Below are positions 1 to 5,158 of a stretch of DNA of 5,158 nt, in pieces. The stretch spans positions 1 to 5,158 of the forward strand of contig RHPI01003154.1 of assembly GCA_009103225.1 (NCBI GenBank), given 5' to 3'. Source of the DNA: Chlorokybus atmophyticus (Eukaryota; Plantae; Mesostigma and Chlorokybus algae). The stretch's first letter is position 1. Each line of letters begins with the position of its first letter. The translations under genes and the position numbers were made by a program. Below the pieces are notes generated by a model that was not told the DNA's origin, made no database searches, and saw only the letters and a program-made list of their open reading frames with translations.

Positions 1-83
1 TCGTACAGTTACACTGCAACGAGCATACAGGAAGAAAAATGCTCTTTTATACCTTTGTGCGGATCTTTGAACGGGCTCATCCC
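1..83 (+). repeat. Terminal direct repeat, copy 1 (identical to 5076-5158)
   Basis: tcgtacagttacac...gggctcatccc is read identically at both window ends (83 nt). Confidence 0.97.
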
Positions 84-120
84 GTTGATCAATTCTACTG
101 CCAGTGTTAGGCGCTTGCAT
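53..120 (-). pseudogene. CACTA/EnSpm-like transposase fragment, upstream exon (5' boundary uncertain)
   Basis: Minus strand reads KRLTLAVELINGMSPFKDPHK-G, resembling the L.L...DG..PF motif of Transposase_21 (D read as N). It ends at an AG|GTATAA donor at 53/52. Confidence 0.6.
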
Positions 121-237
121 GCCTGATTTGTGTCCAACAGTTTTGAGCGCAACCCGCTTTGCCTTGCAGGCTGTGCTACGGCCATGAGGTAATACAAAGT
201 ACAAGGTCAGATCTTTGCGTCATCCTTGCACAAGGCC

Positions 238-352
238 TATAGTTTGGTGGTAGTTTTGGTAGTTGTATAGTTGTTGTGTAGTTGTTGTTGTTGTGTAGTT
301 GTATAGTTTGGTGGTAGTTTGGTAGTTGTTGTGTAGTATAGTTGTAATGTAA
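238..352 (+). repeat. Low-complexity G/T-rich modular repeat
   Basis: Modules tttggtggtag, tttggtag, ttgtatag and ttgttgtgtag. The block tatagtttggtggtagttt(t)ggtagttg recurs at 238 and 302. No C on the + strand from 238 to 352. Confidence 0.9.
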
Positions 353-383
353 CTAATCTGCTAGTCACTATGTTGTTGTGAAC

Positions 384-713
384 NCTACTGCAGAGGCGGA
401 GTACATGGCTGCATGCCAGGCAGTCAAGGAGGGGCTTTGGTTGCGCAAGCTGCTTGCAGACTTGGGTCCAGACCAAACTGTCATTCCCATGCACTGCGAC
501 AACCAAGGGGCTATTCGGCTCTTGAAGCACCCCATTGTTTCAGTCATGTCTAAGCACATTAATGTCATGCATCACTTTGTGCGGGAGCGCGTGGCGCGTG
601 GAGAGGTGGAGTTCATCTACTGCAAGACCGAAGACATGCTTGCAGACTTTATGACGAAGGCTTTAACCCCTGCCAAGTTTAAGACCTGCTGCATGGGTCT
701 AGGCATCTACTAA
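384..713 (+). pseudogene. pol: Copia RNase H, C-terminal portion of pol (N-terminus missing)
   Basis: xTAEAEYMAA...CDNQGAI...SKHINV.HHFVRE...ADFMTKAL is typical Ty1/copia RNase H; stop TAA at 711-713. Confidence 0.95.
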
Positions 714-720
714 GCTGCCT

Positions 721-729
721 GCGTGGGAG
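721..729 (+). promoter_or_regulatory. Polypurine tract (plus-strand primer)
   Basis: GCGTGGGAG lies directly before the LTR start TGTTGG, 7 nt after the pol stop. It is short and only partly purine; the call rests on position. Confidence 0.75.
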
Positions 730-955
730 TGTTGGAATTTAAGACAAGGTTTAGCCGTCCTAAGACTCTAGTCAGCTTGGTCTAGCTAAGTACTCATGAG
801 TTTCGTACTTAGTAGACTCAGTTTCGTAAAAAACCGTCAGTCTTGACAGTTTAGACCGTTTATGACTCTTTTTGGGTCATATGCTGACTAGACCCGCCTT
901 GTATACTATTGTGAGCTTGTATATCGATTTCTTTGCAGTGTTGACCGTTATTGGG

Positions 956-961
956 TATAAA
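956..961 (+). promoter_or_regulatory. Putative LTR TATA box
   Basis: gggTATAAAggg about 230 nt into the LTR. Confidence 0.55.
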
Positions 962-1176
962 GGGACGCCCACACACGTTGAACTTGGTTCACTTTGCTTG
1001 TGCTTGAGTCTGGTGGCGGCGGAAGCCTTGGCCTGGGCGTGGTCTGGACTGGTCGGGTCTGGCGTGGTCTAGTCTGATCTTTTCTGTGCAGAATATATCA
1101 TAGTTTGCAGTGTTCTCTACATGTATAGCATATGACACTTATGTGCTATTGTCCAGTCAGCTTAGCTAGCCCTATT

Positions 1177-1208
1177 GTAGCTTATTAAGTTAGTACTTGA
1201 TAAGCTAC
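1177..1208. other. 14-bp stem-loop in LTR
   Basis: gtagcttattaagt-tagt-acttgataagctac: 13 Watson-Crick pairs plus 1 G:T, 4-nt loop. Confidence 0.8.
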
Positions 1209-1428
1209 TCATAGACTGCAGTTGTATGTATAGGCCGCATGCAGTTAGGACTGGCACAGTCTGGTCTGGTCTTTGGTAGGACCCAGACTGAGGGCCCAGA
1301 GCCAACAGGCCGCGGGTTATTAAGTTAGTTCACTCTCTGGTCAGTACCTCTGGCGGTGTAGCTTTGCTCTTACCACTGTGCTGTGTATGCTTGTTGTGCA
1401 TGGTTGTATGCATCATCTCTAGTCAACA

Positions 1429-1442
1429 GGTTATGGGCTCAC
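1429..1442 (+). promoter_or_regulatory. Primer-binding site, half-tRNAiMet type
   Basis: GGTTATGGGCTCAC abuts the LTR end CA. It resembles the Drosophila copia PBS GGTTATGGGCCCAG, which is complementary to the tRNAiMet anticodon arm (..GGGCCCAUAACC). Confidence 0.85.
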
Positions 1443-1594
1443 GTCTACATGTGTAGAGCTAGCTACTGTGAGAGAGTGTTCTCCTCTGTGTATGGGGTTG
1501 TTGGCGCTGATTGCTGGAGCTGAGAGGTGCAGCGGACAAGCAGGAGGACTGTGGGGTTCAGCTGTGAAGTTCAGTCAGCAGGAGAGTTAGCAGG

Positions 1595-2352
1595 ATGGCA
1601 ACCACTGGATTAGAGAAGGAGAAGTTCACCATTAAACCCTTGGGAGATAACAACTACGCCAGCTGGAGCTTTGAGATGAAGATGAAGATCATCTACAAAG
1701 AGTTGTGGGACTACGTGGACCCAAAGGGGAGTGCGCCAATTGGTAACGAGTCTGCATGGATGCGAAGCGTGCTTTGCGTGCTTTGGCTTTGATGAGTATG
1801 CATGTTGAGCCCTTCCATAGGCCACTGCTACATATGCAATCTGATGCCAAGCATGCATGGGAAGCTTTAGAGAATATGTTCTCTACACGCTCTGTTGGTC
1901 GTAAGATTGAGCTCAAGCAAGCGTTCAACAACATGAGGAAGCTTGCTAGTGAGACAGTCGCAGAGTATTTGGGACGTGCACAGAAGCTCATAAATGATTT
2001 GACCTCAATTGGAGATTCAATCTCAGAGGATGATCTGTGCTTGAATGTACTGTCTGGGTTGCCACGAGAGTTCGAGATTGTTGTGATCATGTTGGAGGGT
2101 ATTAGTACCACTCAGAAGTTAACCCTTAAAGAGATTTTGTCTATGCTGTTGAAGGCAGAATCTATGATCAGGGGCAACGAGGCTGATGGAGAGTCCAGTG
2201 CGTTCGCTGCTCAAGCGCAGTCATCTGGAGGAGCTGGTACCAGCGGCAACAACAATGGCAACAAGGGTGGAGATCAGAAGAATCAGAAGAAGCCTTTCCA
2301 AGGGAAGTGCTTCCATTGCAACCAAATTGGGCACCGAAAGAGTGATTGTTAG
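1595..2352 (+). pseudogene. gag: gag (N-terminal NY..W motif, UBN2/Retrotran_gag_2-like capsid, CCHC zinc knuckle); frameshift at ~1757
   Basis: LGDNNYASWSFEMK...ELWDYV continues in the -1 frame as DAKRALRALAL...AWEALENMF...VLSGLPREFE. CFHCNQIGHRKSDC (CX2CX4HX4C) at 2308-2349; TAG at 2350-2352. Confidence 0.93.
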
Positions 2353-3344
2353 CAGCTGAGGTTAGCAAAGGGCAGTCAGGGTGGACAGAAAGGAGTGGGT
2401 GGAGCAGTTGCCTTCACAGCATCCATAGAGATCAGGCGTCATCCTGGGTGGGTGTTCGATTCTGGCTGTACACAGCATTTGACTCCTGATGCTGGGCTGC
2501 TACTCAACTACAAAGTTCAATGCAGTCCACGGAGTGTGGAGGTTCTGGGTGGACAGTTGGAGGTAGCGGGTACAGGCCAATCGGTGCTTCATTGTAAGAC
2601 AGGAGAAGGTGTGTACAGGGTGGAGCTGAAGGAGGTTCTTCATGTTCCTAGTGCACAGGCTAGCCTCTTTTCCATGAAGGTCGCATTGAAGGCTGGAGCT
2701 GATTTGTCAGGCAAAGGAGCAGAAGTTTGTCTGCGCGTTGATGGCAAGGTGTGTCTTATCGCTAGAGAACAGCAGGGCGGCCTTTACCTTATAGAAGAAG
2801 CTGAGACTGACAAGGCACTGGTGGCGACAGTTCCTGAGTCAGCTGAACTTTGGCATCGAAGGTTTGGGCATCTTGGCTACGACAACCTGCATCGTTTGGT
2901 AGCAGAAGATCTGGTCAGCGGCATCAATGTGAGCAAGCTGCAGACCAAGCAGACCAAAGGAGTGTTGTGTGAGCCATGTATGTTGTCCAAGATGCATAGG
3001 CAACCTTTTCAGCAACCTGAGAGCGTCAGCGAGCATGTTGGACAGTTGGTACACACAGATGTGTGTGGTCCGTTACCAGAGCCATTGAAAGGGGGAGCAT
3101 CTTACATTGTCACCTTCCTTGATGACTTCTCCAAGCTGTCATTGGTGCGTCATATGAAGCTCAAGTCATATGTACCAACTGTGGTGAAAGAGGTGGCGCT
3201 GTGGTTGAAAAATGTGTCTGGCAAATCTGTGAAGACAGTGGGAAGTGACAGAGGAGGGGAGTACCTAAACAAAGAGCTGTCTGCATTCTGGTCTTTGCAA
3301 GGCATTGTGCATCAGACAACAGCCCCGTACACTCCGCAGCAGAG
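2353..3344 (+). pseudogene. pol: pol: aspartic protease, integrase zinc finger and catalytic core
   Basis: WVFDSGCTQH (D at 2458), LWHRRFGH...CEPC, HTDVCGP, FLDDFSK, SDRGGEY, TAPYTPQQ. Same frame as gag past the TAG. Confidence 0.96.
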
Positions 3345-4036
3345 CGGCTGAATCTGACTTTGATGGAAAGGGTGAGAGCCATGCTGAGTGATGCAAAGTT
3401 GGAGTATTGCTGGTGGGCAGAGGCGGTCTTGACAGCCAACTACATTAGAAATAGATCGCCAGTGCGCTCAAGCAAAAACTCCGTGGGAGCTGTTCTTCAC
3501 GAAAGCTCCTGATGTCAGCAACATGCGAGTGTTTGGCTGCACTACATATGTGTTATGTGTTGATACCAAAACAGAAAAGGAAGAAGCTGGAGCTAGTGAG
3601 CAAGAAAGGCCCATTCCTTGGCTATGAGCCTGACTCCAAGGCTTATAGAGTTTTGCTGGAGGATACTCAAAAGATTGTGATCAGCAGAGAAGTTGTCTTT
3701 CATAAAGCCGTGGGAGCTCAGCAACTGCAGGAGATCAGTGACAGTGACTCTTCAGGTGAAGATGTCAGATCTGATGATGATCAGCAACAGCCTGAGTCCA
3801 GCACTGCAACCACTGCTCCTTATTTGGTGGACAGTAATTCTGATGGAGAAAGGGAGCTCAGCCCTAAGAAAGTGAGCAGAGCTGCAAGCAGATATGACAG
3901 GAGTCATCGAAAGCAGCAAAACCAACAGCAAGGTAGGGGGCATTATCCTGGGCGCGACAGGAAGGGTCCTGTTCATTTTCACAAGGAGTTTGGCTATATG
4001 GCGGGCTCAGATTCACAGAGTGTGGAGCCAGCGACA
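3345..4036 (+). pseudogene. pol: pol: integrase C-terminus and linker, with frameshifts
   Basis: Joined by hand across frames: RLNLTLMERVRAML..WWAEAVLTANYIRNRSP / TPWELFFTKAPDVSNMRVFGC / VLIPKQKRKKLELVSKKGPFLGYEPDSKAYRV..ISREVVF. Confidence 0.92.
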
Positions 4037-4788
4037 TATGAAGAAGCACTCCTGCGGACTAATGCAAAAAGTTGGCGTCAGGCAATGGATTGCTCAAAAA
4101 ATGAAGAGATAGCCTCGTTGCATGCCAATGCAACACGGGAACTTGAAGTTCCACCTGCAGGGTCAAGCCTATTCGTGTCAAGTGGGTGTTCGAGGTGAAG
4201 AGGGACGGCAATGGCAACATTGAAAGGTACAAAGCCAGGTCGGTTGCCAAGGGGTTTTTGCAGCAAGAAGGAGTGGACTTCAATGAGGTGTTTGCACCTG
4301 CGGGGAAGTTGGCAACCTTCAGAGCTATGGTGGCAGTTGTGTCAGCAGACAACCTGGAGCTCCATCACTTGGATGACAAGACAGTGTTTCTGTATGGGGA
4401 GCTGGAGGAGAGAATCTACATTCAGCAACCAAGAGGGTATCAGAAGGGGCCACCTGGTACAGCATGCAGATTGGTGAAGGCGTTATATGGCTTGAAGCAG
4501 GCACCACGGGTGTGGCATGCAAGACTGTGCAAGGAGCTCCGGAAGCAGGGGTTTACAGCAAGTCTAGCAGATCCAAGCTTGTTCTACCACGAGAGCAAGC
4601 AAGTGTGGCTATTGGTGTACGTGGACAACATTCTGATTGCAGCGTCAGGATTGTTAGGGGTGCAGCGAGTGAAGACTCAGCTGCAGGCTGTGTTCGAATG
4701 CAGAGACTTGGGCGAGACAGCATACTTCTTGAGTATGGTTGTCATCAGAGACAGAGCTGCTGGAACCATCACCATTGCGCAAGAGCAA
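4037..4788 (+). pseudogene. pol: pol: reverse transcriptase (RVT_2-like), truncated after IAQEQ
   Basis: TYEEA..WRQAMD..EEIASL / VKPIRVKWVFEVKRDGNGNIERYKAR..VFAP..LYGLKQAPRVW..LLVYVDN..DLG. Frameshift at 4160-4162; catalytic YVDD reads YVDN. Confidence 0.96.
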
Positions 4789-4875
4789 AGCAGATTACAT
4801 GCCTCAGTCATGCGCATTTGTCAAGCATGACTGCAGTAATGGAAGCTGCTTATCCTAGCTGCGTTGAAACCATAC

Positions 4876-5046
4876 CTTCCCAGAGATCTCCCAACTGGTC
4901 AATAATTGGCTTGAGATAAGCCTGTAGATTCTCTGGCTGTTTGGGTCCAGGGATTACAGCAGCTACAAATGTAGTGTCTGTCTTGTGCATCTTAGCAATG
5001 GGCAGGTTCAACACTGAGATTGTGACAACTCAAAACTCATAGTTCC
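4876..5046 (-). pseudogene. CACTA/EnSpm-like transposase exon (Transposase_21-like), premature TGA at 5030-5032
   Basis: Hand translation of the minus strand: (G)NYEF*VVTISVLNLPIAKMHKTDTTFVAAVIPGPKQPENLQAYLKPIIDQLGDLWE(G). This matches the family pattern W...NLP...IPGPK.P...YL.P.IDEL..LW.G. Bounded by ttgcag| and |gtatgg. Confidence 0.85.
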
Positions 5047-5127
5047 CTGCAACTCAACAAACCCTTTGCTGCTATTCGTACAGTTACACTGCAACGAGCA
5101 TACAGGAAGAAAAATGCTCTTTTATAC
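5047..5127 (-). other. Putative 81-nt GT-AG spliceosomal intron in the transposase fragment
   Basis: Minus strand: CACAAAG|gtataaaag...gagttgcag|GGAACTAT. Removing it joins the two homologous segments in frame and removes a TAA stop. Confidence 0.7.
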
Positions 5128-5158
5128 CTTTGTGCGGATCTTTGAACGGGCTCATCCC
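5076..5158 (+). repeat. Terminal direct repeat, copy 2 (identical to 1-83)
   Basis: Exact match to positions 1-83; implies a 5075-bp circular or tandem unit. Confidence 0.97.

Larger units (their letters stand above)
730..1428 (+). repeat. Long terminal repeat (single copy, 699 bp)
   Basis: Starts TGTTG and ends CAACA (5-bp inverted termini); bounded by the PPT upstream and the PBS downstream; noncoding; contains a TATA box. Confidence 0.92.
384..4788 (+). mobile_element. Degenerate Ty1/copia LTR retrotransposon, circularly permuted (RNaseH-PPT-LTR-PBS-gag-PR-IN-RT)
   Basis: Copia domain order PR-IN-RT, plus gag zinc knuckle, copia RT and RNase H motifs, one TG...CA LTR flanked by PPT and PBS. 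Multiple frameshifts. Confidence 0.97.

Noticed and set aside
9-197. 62-aa minus-strand ORF as an independent gene
   Set aside because: Only its central part resembles transposase; the C-terminus is the predicted intron.
238-352. Telomere array or CRISPR-like repeat
   Set aside because: No GGG-containing telomere unit, no repeat-spacer structure, and the context is eukaryotic.
366-383. CACTA pentamer at 366-370 as a transposon terminus
   Set aside because: It points out of the insert towards RNase H. The right end should read TAGTG, and there is no partner TIR or 3-bp TSD at the left junction.
237-530. Minus-strand ORF with a T/N/Q-rich tail
   Set aside because: It is a translation of the low-complexity repeat plus the antisense of RNase H.
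872-1072. Hydrophobic 66-aa ORF as an env-like or accessory protein
   Set aside because: It lies inside the LTR, starts at TTG, spans the TATA box and has no recognisable motif.
1072-1091. Splice-acceptor-like ctgatcttttctgtgcag in the LTR
   Set aside because: No convincing matching donor and no coding evidence to test it against.
384-4788. RIP-type hypermutation (fungal origin)
   Set aside because: The sequence is not AT/TpA-saturated, long ORFs persist, and the inferred transitions have mixed contexts.
4464-4919. 151-aa alternate-frame ORF and other short overlapping or antisense ORFs across gag-pol
   Set aside because: Shadow frames of pol with no recognisable domains.

Overview
Eukaryotic repeat DNA: one degenerate Ty1/copia LTR retrotransposon in circularly permuted order. 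The order is RNase H C-terminus (384-713), PPT, a single 699-bp LTR (730-1428, TGTTG...CAACA), a half-tRNAiMet-type PBS, gag (1595-2352), then PR-IN-RT (2353-~4788). The first and last 83 bases are identical, so the window closes into a 5075-bp one-LTR circle; this could be eccDNA, a collapsed tandem copy or an assembly-graph cycle. The element is dead (five frameshifts, an in-frame TAG, YVDD>YVDN). The RT C-terminus and RNase H N-terminus are missing. In their place is ~670 bp of foreign DNA that wraps across the window ends and carries an antisense, intron-containing CACTA/EnSpm (Transposase_21-like) transposase fragment absent from the ORF track, plus a C-free TAG-modular repeat. A green-algal host is a weak inference. 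I see no convincing novel functional system; the interesting points are the architecture and the chimera.
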